Below, piece after piece: positions 14,116 to 22,644 of a stretch of DNA of 64,000 nt. Both the position numbers and the translations under genes were made by a program. The stretch lies in the NCBI GenBank assembly GCA_028287185.1, contig JAQBQD010000155.1, positions 33,609 through 97,608 of the forward strand. The letters are read 5' to 3'. The stretch's first letter is position 1, and each line of letters starts with the position of its first letter. Source of the DNA: Gemmatimonadota bacterium. GTDB lineage: Bacteria; Gemmatimonadota; Gemmatimonadetes; Longimicrobiales; Longimicrobiaceae. A model generated the notes under the pieces. The model was not told the origin of the DNA, made no database searches, and was given only the letters and a program-made list of their open reading frames with translations.

Positions 14116-15675
14116 ATGGGCAGGCCCGAATCCCGCTCGGTGGTGCCCCTCACCAGCGCCCTTCCCGGCGACGACGCGCTCTACCGCCTGCTGGTGGAGC
14201 ACGTGACGGACTACGCGATCGCCGTGCTCACGCCCGACGGCCGCGTCGCGTCGTGGAACGAGGGCGCCGAGCGGATGATGGGGTGGAGCGAGGCCGAGGT
14301 GATGGGCGAGCACTTCGCCCGCTTCTACCCCGCGGACGAAGCGGAGGACGGCGCCCCCGGGCGCGACCTGCGCCGCGCCGCCGACGAGGGGCGGTGCGAG
14401 GCGCTGGCGTGGCGGGTGCGCAAGGACGGCTCGCGGCTGTGGGCCACCACGGTGCTCACCGCCATGCGCGACCCCGGGGGGCGGCTGCTGGGCTTCGGGC
14501 AGATCACCCGCGACCTGACCGACCGCAAGGAGGCCGCGGACCGCTACGAGGAGAGCCGCCAGCGCTGGCGCTCGCTCTTCGAGCACAACCCCGACGCCGT
14601 GTTCTCGCTGGACCTGTCCGGCGACGTGCAGGGCGCCAACCCCGCCGCCGCCGCGCTCTTCGGCTACGGCGTGGACGAGCTGACGGGCGCGCCCCTGGAG
14701 TTCCTGGTGGCCGCCGCGGACCGCGAGCGGGTGCGGACGCTCTTCGCGGGTTCGGCCGCGGGGGAGCCGCAGTACGCAGACCTTTCCGTGCCGCACCGCA
14801 CGGGGCGCACGCTGGAGCTCAGCATCTCGCTGGTGCCCATCCGCACCGGCGACACCATCGTGGGCGTGTACTGCATCGCCGAGGACATCACCGCGCGGCG
14901 GCTGGCCGAGGCGGAGCGCGAGGTGCTGCTGCTGCGCGAGCGCATCGCCCGCGCCGAGGCCGAGGCGGCCAGCCGCGCAAAGAGCGACTTCCTGGCCGTG
15001 GTCACGCACGAGCTGAAGACGCCGCTCAATGCCATCACCGGCTTCGCGGAGCTGCTGGGCGACGGCGACGCGGGGCCGCTGGCGCCGGGGCAGGAGCGCT
15101 GCGTGGAGCGCATCCGCGGCAGCGCCCGCCACCTGCTGCGCATGGTGGACGAGGTGCTGGGATACGTGCGCATGGAGTCGGCCGACGGCGGCCCGGGCCT
15201 GGCGCCCGTGGACCTGAACGAGCTGGTGCGCGGGCTGGCCGACGACACCGCCCCCGCCGCGCTGGCCAAGGGGCTGGCGCTGCGGCTGGACCTGGCGGGC
15301 GGCCCCTTCGTGGTGCAGACCGACCGCGGCCGCGTGGCCCAGCTCGTGGCGCACCTGCTGGAGAACGGGGTGAAGTTCACCGAGTCGGGCGAGGTGCGCG
15401 TGGGCGTGCGCCGCGAGCCTGGCGCCGCCGTGGTGGAGGTGCGCGACACGGGCATCGGCATCGCCGCCGAGGCGCTGGAGAAGATCTGGGAGCCCTTCTG
15501 GCAGGCCGAGCACCCGCTGGTGCGGCGGCACGGCGGCACAGGGCTGGGGCTGAGCGTGGCGCGGCGCCTGGCGGGGCTGCTGGGCGGCGACGTGGGCGTG
15601 GACAGCCGCCCCGGCGAGGGCAGCACCTTCACGCTGCGCCTGCCCGCCACGGGCGCCTCCGCGCGCAACGGTTGA
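14116..15675 (+). CDS. PAS-domain sensor histidine kinase (two PAS + HisKA + HATPase_c), cytoplasmic
   Basis: ATG at 14116 (MGRPESRSVVPLTS...); PAS signatures, H-box VVTHELKTPLNAITGFAELL, G-boxes DTGIGI and GGTGLGLSV; no adjacent response regulator. Confidence 0.85.
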   Translation: MGRPESRSVVPLTSALPGDDALYRLLVEHVTDYAIAVLTPDGRVASWNEGAERMMGWSEAEVMGEHFARFYPADEAEDGAPGRDLRRAADEGRCEALAWRVRKDGSRLWATTVLTAMRDPGGRLLGFGQITRDLTDRKEAADRYEESRQRWRSLFEHNPDAVFSLDLSGDVQGANPAAAALFGYGVDELTGAPLEFLVAAADRERVRTLFAGSAAGEPQYADLSVPHRTGRTLELSISLVPIRTGDTIVGVYCIAEDITARRLAEAEREVLLLRERIARAEAEAASRAKSDFLAVVTHELKTPLNAITGFAELLGDGDAGPLAPGQERCVERIRGSARHLLRMVDEVLGYVRMESADGGPGLAPVDLNELVRGLADDTAPAALAKGLALRLDLAGGPFVVQTDRGRVAQLVAHLLENGVKFTESGEVRVGVRREPGAAVVEVRDTGIGIAAEALEKIWEPFWQAEHPLVRRHGGTGLGLSVARRLAGLLGGDVGVDSRPGEGSTFTLRLPATGASARNG

Positions 15676-15825
15676 GCCGAAAGAAAACACGGGCGCTCCC
15701 CCGGGCCGCTCGCTATCTTCCATCCCCGCCGCGCCGCCGCGCACCGGCCCAAGCGCCTGCGCCGCGCGGCCTTCCATCCCCGTCCCGGCCGCTCCCCGCG
15801 GTCCATCGCTCCCCGTTCCTCCGAG

Positions 15826-16740
15826 GTGCCGCATGTCCCTTCCGCTTTCCCGCCGCTCCCGCGCCGTGCTCGCGCTTCCCCTGCTGGCCCTGGCCGCCGC
15901 CTGCGGCCGTCAGACTCCGGCGGCGGCGCAAAGCCCGAGGACGTGGACCAGAAGGCCTCCGGCAGCGCCACCGAGCAGGAGGTCGCCGCCTTCAAGGCCC
16001 CCGCCGACAGCGCGCTCACCGACGCCCAGGTGAAGGCGTACCTCCAGGTGGCGCTCCTGCAGTTCGACCTGGTGCGCCGCGAGGCGCCGGCGTGGCACCA
16101 GAAGGTGGCCGAGATGAACGATCGCGCCAAGTCGGGCGGCACGCTGGCCCAGTTCCGCAACGCGGTGGAGGGCGTGGGCGCGCTGGGGCAGATGGGCGAC
16201 CTGATCGGCGGAAGCTACGTGCGCGCCTCGCGCGCGCTGCACCAGAACCCCGCCGAGATGGAGTGGGTGCGCGACCGGATGAACGAGGTGGGCGGCTACC
16301 TGATGGCCAAGCCCATGCTGGCCGCCCAGGTGCAGGCCGCCGAGCAGATGCGCGCGCAGGCCAGCCAGATGAGCGGCATGGGCCTGACGGCCGACCAGAT
16401 CGCCGAGATGAAGAAGAACGCCGACGACATGGCGGCCAACGCGCGCGGCGAGAACCAGCCCAAGCACGTGCTGGCGAACGCCGAGCTGCTGCACCGCGTG
16501 CGCCCCGGCGTCCCCGAGGCCCAGTGGACGCAGGTGGGCCTCTTCGGCGCCGCATCGGGCCTGGCCGTCTTCGCCGCCCTGGGCGACAGCACCGACACCG
16601 AGTCGCACCGGAAGCTGGACGAGTTCCGCACGCTCTTCCAGGCCACCCTGGACGGCAAGCCCGCCCCCGGAATGGAAGACCCCAGGCCCGCCGCCCCCGC
16701 CGCCGCTCCGGCCCCGGCCGCACCGGCCCCCACGACCTGA
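15826..16740 (+). CDS. Hypothetical periplasmic protein (Ala/Pro-rich C-terminus). A probable frameshift or assembly indel separates a lipoprotein signal peptide (ATG 15833, frame +2) from the mature part (frame +1)
   Basis: Frame +2 from ATG 15833 gives the canonical MSLPLSRRSRAVLALPLLALAAACGRQT signal/lipobox and then stops at 16033; frame +1 carries the long ORF (AKPEDVDQKASGSATEQEVAAFK...); junction at GGC GGC GGC repeat 15917-15928. Confidence 0.5.
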   Translation: MPHVPSAFPPLPRRARASPAGPGRRLRPSDSGGGAKPEDVDQKASGSATEQEVAAFKAPADSALTDAQVKAYLQVALLQFDLVRREAPAWHQKVAEMNDRAKSGGTLAQFRNAVEGVGALGQMGDLIGGSYVRASRALHQNPAEMEWVRDRMNEVGGYLMAKPMLAAQVQAAEQMRAQASQMSGMGLTADQIAEMKKNADDMAANARGENQPKHVLANAELLHRVRPGVPEAQWTQVGLFGAASGLAVFAALGDSTDTESHRKLDEFRTLFQATLDGKPAPGMEDPRPAAPAAAPAPAAPAPTT

Positions 16741-16990
16741 CACCCTCCGTCTCCGCGCCGGCTGCCATCAACGGCCGGCGGGAGGCTCGGCAGATCAGAA
16801 AGACGAGCCGCCCCGGCCAGCATCGGCCCGGGCGGCTCATCTCGTCCCGTGCATTCCCTCCTCTGTCCACCGCCCGCTGCCCGCACCGCCAGCCGTTCCC
16901 GCGCGGAGCGAGCCCACGAAGGTGGGCGGATCGGTCGTTGCAGCCCCGGGATTCATCCCGAGGCCGTCGCGAGGTCCGCCCGCCCACCTC

Positions 16991-17054
16991 CACGGACTCC
17001 ACGGACTCCACGGACTCCACGGACTCCACCGACTCGACCCGACTCGACCGACTC
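16991..17054. repeat. 9-bp tandem repeat (CACGGACTC x4 perfect, then about 3 degenerate copies)
   Basis: cacggactc cacggactc cacggactc cacggactc caccgactc gacccgactc gaccgactc read directly; intergenic between convergent gene ends 16740 (+) and 17218 (-). Confidence 0.75.
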
Positions 17055-17217
17055 CGCCGATTGCTTTGGATACCGTCCCGAGCATCGACATCTCCGCCGA
17101 TCCCACCATCATCTCACGCCCACCCTCGGCCAACCTCGCAGGCCGATCGCCAGACCACCCCTCATCGATCCACGGATCTCTGCACGTCGCTCGGCGCCGT
17201 CCGGACCGCCGGCCGCG

Positions 17218-18666
17218 CTACTTCTCGCACTCCGCGAACATCACCATGCCGTCGCCGGCGTAGCGGATGGCGGAGGCGGGCGCCTCGAACCGGGACGCGC
17301 CGAACAGGCGGTTGGCATCCTCCTCGCCGCGGTGCGCCAGGCGCCACTCCAGCACGTGGTCCATGAACGCCTTGCTGGGATTGCCGGTGTGGAAGCTGCC
17401 CAGCACCACGCGCCCGCCGGGCTTCAGCAGGCCGTGCACCAGGTCCAGCAGCTTCACGAACATCCCGTCGTCGAAGTAGTCCGCAAGACCCAGGGCGTAG
17501 ATCACGTCCTGGGGCTCCACGTCCAGCGTCGCGCGGCCCAGGGCCAGGTACACGGGGTTGATGCCCACCATGTCCACGCGGTCGCGCAGCCCCGCCTTCT
17601 CGCGGCGCTCGGACGCGAACGCCAGCGCCTGCGGGTCGAAGTCCACCAGCGTCGCGTGGATGCGCTGCGGGTCGCCGACGGCCGCGAAGGCATCGAACAG
17701 CTCCTGCGCCGGCCCCGCCGCCAGCGCCGTCACCCGCAGCGGCTCGGCCGACGTGCTCTCGGACGCCAGCGCGGCGATGCGCTCCGCCATGGACGTGCGC
17801 CGCGCCCGCAGGGCGGCGCCGAAGGGCGAGCGCAGGAAGCAGCGGTCCAGCGCGGGCCCGATGCGGCTGGTGCCGCGCGGCACGTCCTGGTAGAACATCT
17901 CCAGCGTCATGAAGTCGCCGGGGTAGCCGCGCGGCTTGCCGTAGAGGCGCTCGGCGCTGCGCGTGAGCAGGATGTACGGCAGGAGCTGCTTCTGCACGTG
18001 AAGCCCGATCTTCTCGCGCACCTCCTCGGGCTCGCTGCCGGCGTCGCCCGCGGCCTCCTCCAGCAGCGGGTAGAAGTCGTTGAAGCGCCCGGTGAGCGCG
18101 GCCTGCATCTCCTCGGGCACGACCTCGTGGTTGCGCAGCGCGGCGTCGTTCGCGGCGTGGATCAGCCCTTCCAGCTCCACGACCGCCGCCGCCACGCGCC
18201 GGTGCGCCGGGCTCTCCTCGCCCCCCGCCGGCGCGTCCCCCTGCGCCTGCACCGAAAGCCGGCTGTTGGTGCGCCGCAGCTTCTGCGACAGCGACTTGGC
18301 CATGCCGCGGTACAGCCGCGCCGCAAAGTGCGGGTCCTTCTGGAACTTGGCCTGCAGCTCGGTGAACGGCAGGCTCAGCACGGTGCTGGTCTCCTGCGCC
18401 ACCACGTTCTCGGTGGGCGTGCGGTCTTCCAGCAGCGACATGTCGCCCACCACGCCGCCCGGCCCGATCACCGCCAGCCGCTCGCTTGCCATGGCCGGCG
18501 AGAAGACGGCGAGGATGCCCTTGAGCACCACGTACAGCGCCGTCACGGGCTGGCCGGCGCGGATCACCGCATCGCCCTTCATCACCTGCTCCTCGAGCGC
18601 GGTGTTCAGGATCCAGTCGACGTCGGCGTCGCTCAGCTTCTCGAACAGCGCGGCGGCTCGGTTCAT
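17218..18666 (-). CDS. Cyclic-nucleotide-binding (CAP/cNMP) domain fused to a class I SAM-dependent methyltransferase
   Basis: ATG at 18664-18666 (MNRAAALFEKLSDADVDWILNTALEEQVMKGDAVIRAGQPVTALYVVLKGILAV = cNMP-binding beta-roll); C-terminal half has an MTase fold (VDMVGINPVYLALG, LLKPGGRVVLGSF). Confidence 0.75.
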   Translation of the reverse strand: MNRAAALFEKLSDADVDWILNTALEEQVMKGDAVIRAGQPVTALYVVLKGILAVFSPAMASERLAVIGPGGVVGDMSLLEDRTPTENVVAQETSTVLSLPFTELQAKFQKDPHFAARLYRGMAKSLSQKLRRTNSRLSVQAQGDAPAGGEESPAHRRVAAAVVELEGLIHAANDAALRNHEVVPEEMQAALTGRFNDFYPLLEEAAGDAGSEPEEVREKIGLHVQKQLLPYILLTRSAERLYGKPRGYPGDFMTLEMFYQDVPRGTSRIGPALDRCFLRSPFGAALRARRTSMAERIAALASESTSAEPLRVTALAAGPAQELFDAFAAVGDPQRIHATLVDFDPQALAFASERREKAGLRDRVDMVGINPVYLALGRATLDVEPQDVIYALGLADYFDDGMFVKLLDLVHGLLKPGGRVVLGSFHTGNPSKAFMDHVLEWRLAHRGEEDANRLFGASRFEAPASAIRYAGDGMVMFAECEK

Positions 18667-18926
18667 GGGCTCGGAGACGGTGGAGAGGGGGCGGATGGGG
18701 CGTTCGGCAGGCGCGGAGGCCTCGGCCGGCCTCCGTCGTAAGGTGCCGGGCGGGGGTGGGAGCCGCAAGGATGGCGGGGAGGTTGGCGAAGGCGCTTGAC
18801 GCGATCAATGTACACACTCGAAAGCAGTGGCAACGCGCTTCGCTTTCTCGCGGTAACTCTGCACGCGTCGAGATCTTAACGGGTGCGGGTTAGGCGCTAT
18901 CAAGCCAGTGGGCTGCATCCGATAGC

Positions 18927-18961
18927 TACAAAACGGGGGACACTCAGATTAGGTGCCCCCC
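18927..18961 (-). terminator. Candidate rho-independent terminator (minus strand), 3' of the Ntn-hydrolase gene
   Basis: Minus-strand reading: GGGGGGCAC-ctaatctga-GTGTCCCCC followed by GTTTTGT; 8-9 bp GC stem plus U-tract. Confidence 0.35.
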
Positions 18962-19091
18962 GCGAACTATGATTCTCGTCTAGCGCTTGTTTGACCGCGA
19001 GCTACCGGTGTCGTGCAGGACGTGGGATGGAGTGGGATTATTCTCAGCCCACCGCTCAATCCAACGTATCTCCGCTTGAGTCAGCCGAGGA

Positions 19092-19101
19092 GGGGGGGGG
19101 G
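19092..19101. repeat. Homopolymeric G10 tract
   Basis: gaggaGGGGGGGGGGtag read directly; intergenic, about 55 bp 3' of the Ntn-hydrolase stop. Confidence 0.8.
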
Positions 19102-19155
19102 TAGTCTGCGTTTTCGGCGATGTCAGACTGCCCGGGAGCGGGCTCGGTGTATTTT

Positions 19156-20082
19156 TCATTCTTGCCTCCAGTTTGGGGGAGGTGTGTCCAATCTCGGTGG
19201 GTCAACAGGGTTCAACTCCCCAGGGTAATAGTGTTTCCGACTGACCCACTTAAACCCTTGGTGTCTAGTGATTGCGGCAATGTCAATCGGCGGTCCGACA
19301 ACGGGCGCGCCCGGTTTGAACCGCAAATAACCCGCCGTGACATCCGCCAAGTACTTCACCAGATCGATCGCATCTTGGATGGGCATACCCGGGTGCGCAA
19401 GCTGTGTTTCCGAGACAAGAATCGCGTCGGCAGCCTCATGTGTGAGCCCAGCCTCGACTAAGCGATCGTGGGCCTCGGCAGACCACCCGTAAACTAGGCG
19501 GTACAGGGCTTCTGGCTGGGCCCAAAATCGCACAATACCTGTCTGGCCAGCAGGCACGATCTGCGTGGGACCCTCGCAGACGCCGCCTTCATGGACTTCA
19601 ATGGTCCAGACCTCGGGAAGGTACGCATTGGCGGAGAACCCGGCAAGAACAAATCCGAGGGACGGACGCTCTGGCGCCGGACCGATGGGTGGTTGGTCCG
19701 TGTCTCCATCCGACGTACCCGGAGCGTGTGATGGTTGACCAAAGTGACTTACGTACAATTGATCGTAAAAGAATGTTTTTACCAATCCCGCAACTTCTTC
19801 CATCGTATACGTGCGGCGATCAATTTCCCACCCGGGTACGTCTTCGTCTTCACCACTCAACAAATCCCGGAGGACGCGAGCCAGGCTCGCAATTGACGTC
19901 CCAGCCATGCTCCCAAGACCCCAAGTCATCAGTCCGATGGGGAGGCCCTTAACCAGGTTGATCGTCTTCTCCGCATTGGAGTAAATGTTGTGGTAGCGCT
20001 CTCCCGGAAGGACAATCGACGTCGCACTGTCGGTTCCCAGCACCACCCCGTCACCAACAACAAGTGAAATCGCGATTGTCAT
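19156..20082 (-). CDS. Ntn-hydrolase, proteasome beta-subunit / HslV-like protein (solitary)
   Basis: 308 aa, MTIAISLVVGDGVVLGTDSATSIV... has a Thr at position 2 (putative N-terminal nucleophile after Met removal) and a proteasome-beta-like GxxxD/T...K context; lower-GC codon usage than neighbours. Confidence 0.55.
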   Translation of the reverse strand: MTIAISLVVGDGVVLGTDSATSIVLPGERYHNIYSNAEKTINLVKGLPIGLMTWGLGSMAGTSIASLARVLRDLLSGEDEDVPGWEIDRRTYTMEEVAGLVKTFFYDQLYVSHFGQPSHAPGTSDGDTDQPPIGPAPERPSLGFVLAGFSANAYLPEVWTIEVHEGGVCEGPTQIVPAGQTGIVRFWAQPEALYRLVYGWSAEAHDRLVEAGLTHEAADAILVSETQLAHPGMPIQDAIDLVKYLADVTAGYLRFKPGAPVVGPPIDIAAITRHQGFKWVSRKHYYPGELNPVDPPRLDTPPPNWRQE

Positions 20083-20412
20083 GCGTCCTCATGGTTGGCG
20101 GTTACTAGAAATCGTATCCAAGATGCGGCAGCCTACAGACGATGCCCACACACCAACCGACAGCGGAAGGCACGACCAAGGCTGAACGGAGAGTAATCGA
20201 GCATGAATGCAACCGTGAGTCGCAATTACCGGGAGGCGCGCGTGGCTCCAGACTGGCCGGTCGCACTGGCGAGGGCCCCGTCGAGGCCACACGCTTGTCC
20301 GGCCACTTGTTGGAAGGCCCGGGAGTTTCGTAGAATTGCGCTCGCCGCCGCGGACCCCATCCGCGGACCGCACCGCGCAACCGGCAACCGAACCCATCCA
20401 CAGGAGGCAACC

Positions 20413-22461
20413 GTGCCCGAGCAGGCGCAGCAGTTCACCTTCCAGGCCGAGGTGCAGCGGCTCCTGGACCTGGTGATCCACTCGCTCTACACCGACAAGG
20501 AGATCTTCCTGCGCGAGCTGGTCTCCAACGCGTCCGACGCCATCGACCGATTGCAGTTCGAGGCGCTGACCAACCCGGAGCTGCTTCCGGAGGGCCACGA
20601 GCCGAAGATCCGCCTGGTTCCCGACAAGGAGCGGCGCACCCTCACCATCGAGGACGACGGGATCGGGATGACGCGCGACGAGGTGGTGCGGAACATCGGC
20701 ACCATCGCCCGCTCGGGCACGCGCGAGGCGCTGGAGCAGCTCAAGGAGAAGGCCGAGGGCGCGGGGCAGCTCATCGGCCAGTTCGGCGTGGGCTTCTACT
20801 CGTCGTTCATGGTGGCCGAGCGGGTGGAGCTGGTGACGAGGAAGGCGGGAACGGACGAGGCCGTGCGTTGGACCTCTTCCGGCGACGGCTCGTTCACGGT
20901 GGCGGAGGCCCAGCGCGACCGGCCGGGCACCACCATCACGCTGCACCTGAAGGCGGTGGACACGGAGAACGGGATCGAGGACTTCACCGACCGCTGGGTG
21001 CTGTCGCGCCTGGTTCGCCAGCACGCGGACTTCATCACCTATCCCATCGTCCTGCCGGCGGAGAAGGCGGACGAGGTGCCGGAGGGCGAGACGCCGGAGC
21101 CGGAGAAGCCCCTCAACTCCATGAAGCCCATCTGGGCCCGGCCCCCGGCCGAGGTGACGAAGGAGGAGTACGCCGACTTCTACCGCCAGATCGCGCACGA
21201 CTGGTCCGAGCCGCTGGAGACGATCCACACCCGCAGCGAGGGGCTGGTGGAGTTCCAGGCGGTGCTCTTCCTGCCATCGCGCGGGGGGACGGAGCTGTAC
21301 TATCCCGGCTTCAAGCCCAGCCTGCGGCTGTACGTCAAGCGGATGCTGGTGCGCGAGAACAGCGAGGAGCTGCTGCCGCGCTGGCTGCGCTGGGTGCGCG
21401 GCGCGGTGGACTCGCCCGACCTGCCGCTCAACGTGTCGCGCGAGATGCTGCAGAGCGACCGCCACGTGCGCCAGATCCGCCGCGCGCTCACCAGGAAGGT
21501 GCTGGACACCCTCAAACGGCTGCTGGAGAGCGAACGGCCGAAGTACGAGGCGTTCTGGCGCGAGCTGGGACGGGCCGTGAAGGAGGGGGTGGAGGGCGAC
21601 TTCGAGAACCGCGACGCCCTGGTGGACCTGCTGCTCTTCGGCTCGTCGCGCGAGGCCGAGGCGCTCACCACGCTGGCGGAGTACGTGGAGCGCATTCCCG
21701 AGGGCCAGGCCGACGTCTGGTACCTGACGGGCGCCAGCCGCGAGCAGATGGAGAGCTCGCCGGCGCTGGAGGCGTTCCGCGACCGCGGGTGGGAGGTGCT
21801 CTACCTGACCGACCCGGTGGACGAGCTGGTGGTGCAGTCCGTCACCGAGTTCCGGGGCAAGCGCCTGCGCTCGGCCGCCAAGGGCGCGGTGGAGCTGGAC
21901 GGCGCGGAGAAGAAGGAGGAGGGCCTGGCGCGGGAGAAGGAGTTCGAGCCCTTCCTGACCTCCCTCCAGAAGCGCCTGGACACCTGGGTGAAGGAGGTGC
22001 GCCTCTCCGGCCGCCTGACGCGCTCGCCCGCCGTGCTGGTGGTGGCCGAGCACGACTACTCGCCGCAGCTGGAGCGCCTGATGTCCGGCGGCCGCCGCGA
22101 CGCCATCCGCCAGCGCCGCATCCTGGAGCTGAACGCAGCGCACCCACTGGTGCAGGGCCTGCGCCGCCGCTGGGACGCCGGCGCCGAGGACCCGGTGGTG
22201 GGCGACTACGCCGAGCTGCTGCTGGGATGGTCGCTGCTCGCCGAAGGATCGGAGCCGCACGACCCCGTGCGCTTCACCCAGCTCGTCGCCGGCCTGATGG
22301 AGACGGCGCTGGATGCGGCGCCCGCGGCGGCTCCGCCGGCAGCGGAGGTCGCGTCCGAGCCGGCGGGCGCGACCGGTTCTTCGGCGGATGCCGCAGGCTC
22401 GGTCCGTTCCGGAGGCGCGGTGGAGTCGCCGGACCCGGAGGCCCCGAAGAAGGAGAATTGA
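20413..22461 (+). CDS. htpG: Molecular chaperone HtpG (Hsp90 family)
   Basis: GTG at 20413 preceded by aggagg RBS (caggaggcaaccGTG); VPEQAQQFTFQAEVQRLLDLVIHSLYTDKEIFLRELVSNASDA is the Hsp90 N-terminal signature; the 752-aa six-frame ORF extends upstream artefactually. Confidence 0.9.
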   Translation: MPEQAQQFTFQAEVQRLLDLVIHSLYTDKEIFLRELVSNASDAIDRLQFEALTNPELLPEGHEPKIRLVPDKERRTLTIEDDGIGMTRDEVVRNIGTIARSGTREALEQLKEKAEGAGQLIGQFGVGFYSSFMVAERVELVTRKAGTDEAVRWTSSGDGSFTVAEAQRDRPGTTITLHLKAVDTENGIEDFTDRWVLSRLVRQHADFITYPIVLPAEKADEVPEGETPEPEKPLNSMKPIWARPPAEVTKEEYADFYRQIAHDWSEPLETIHTRSEGLVEFQAVLFLPSRGGTELYYPGFKPSLRLYVKRMLVRENSEELLPRWLRWVRGAVDSPDLPLNVSREMLQSDRHVRQIRRALTRKVLDTLKRLLESERPKYEAFWRELGRAVKEGVEGDFENRDALVDLLLFGSSREAEALTTLAEYVERIPEGQADVWYLTGASREQMESSPALEAFRDRGWEVLYLTDPVDELVVQSVTEFRGKRLRSAAKGAVELDGAEKKEEGLAREKEFEPFLTSLQKRLDTWVKEVRLSGRLTRSPAVLVVAEHDYSPQLERLMSGGRRDAIRQRRILELNAAHPLVQGLRRRWDAGAEDPVVGDYAELLLGWSLLAEGSEPHDPVRFTQLVAGLMETALDAAPAAAPPAAEVASEPAGATGSSADAAGSVRSGGAVESPDPEAPKKEN

Positions 22462-22482
22462 CGACCCGCTCGTTCGCTTCGG

Positions 22483-22513
22483 AGGCCGCCTTCCCCTGGA
22501 TGGCGGCCTTCGT
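22483..22513. terminator. Candidate hairpin terminator after htpG, between convergent genes
   Basis: gaggccgcc-ttcccctggat-ggcggcctt followed by cgtcgtt; weak T-tract. Confidence 0.35.
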
Positions 22514-22644
22514 CGTTCAATCGAACCTCTTCGATCTGCGTCGATTCCGAAGGTGCTGGCGAAAGCGATGCACGCGGAAACGACGAAGGCCGCCCTCCTC
22601 GCGGAGAGCGGCCCTGCCGTGGCACCACCGGAAGCGCACGCGCC

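Larger units (their letters stand above)
18790..20230. other. Compositional islet, visibly lower GC than flanks; carries one Ntn-hydrolase gene plus about 490 bp of A/T-richer non-coding DNA
   Basis: By inspection, stretches such as tatttttcattcttgcc, gtaaaagaatgtttttaccaatcc and tactagaaatcgtatccaag contrast with about 70% GC flanks; no integrase or transposase present. Confidence 0.45.

Noticed and set aside
16849-18741. 630-aa plus-strand ORF
   Set aside because: Antisense of the cNMP-methyltransferase gene plus read-through of the 9-bp tandem repeat. It has no coherent domain.
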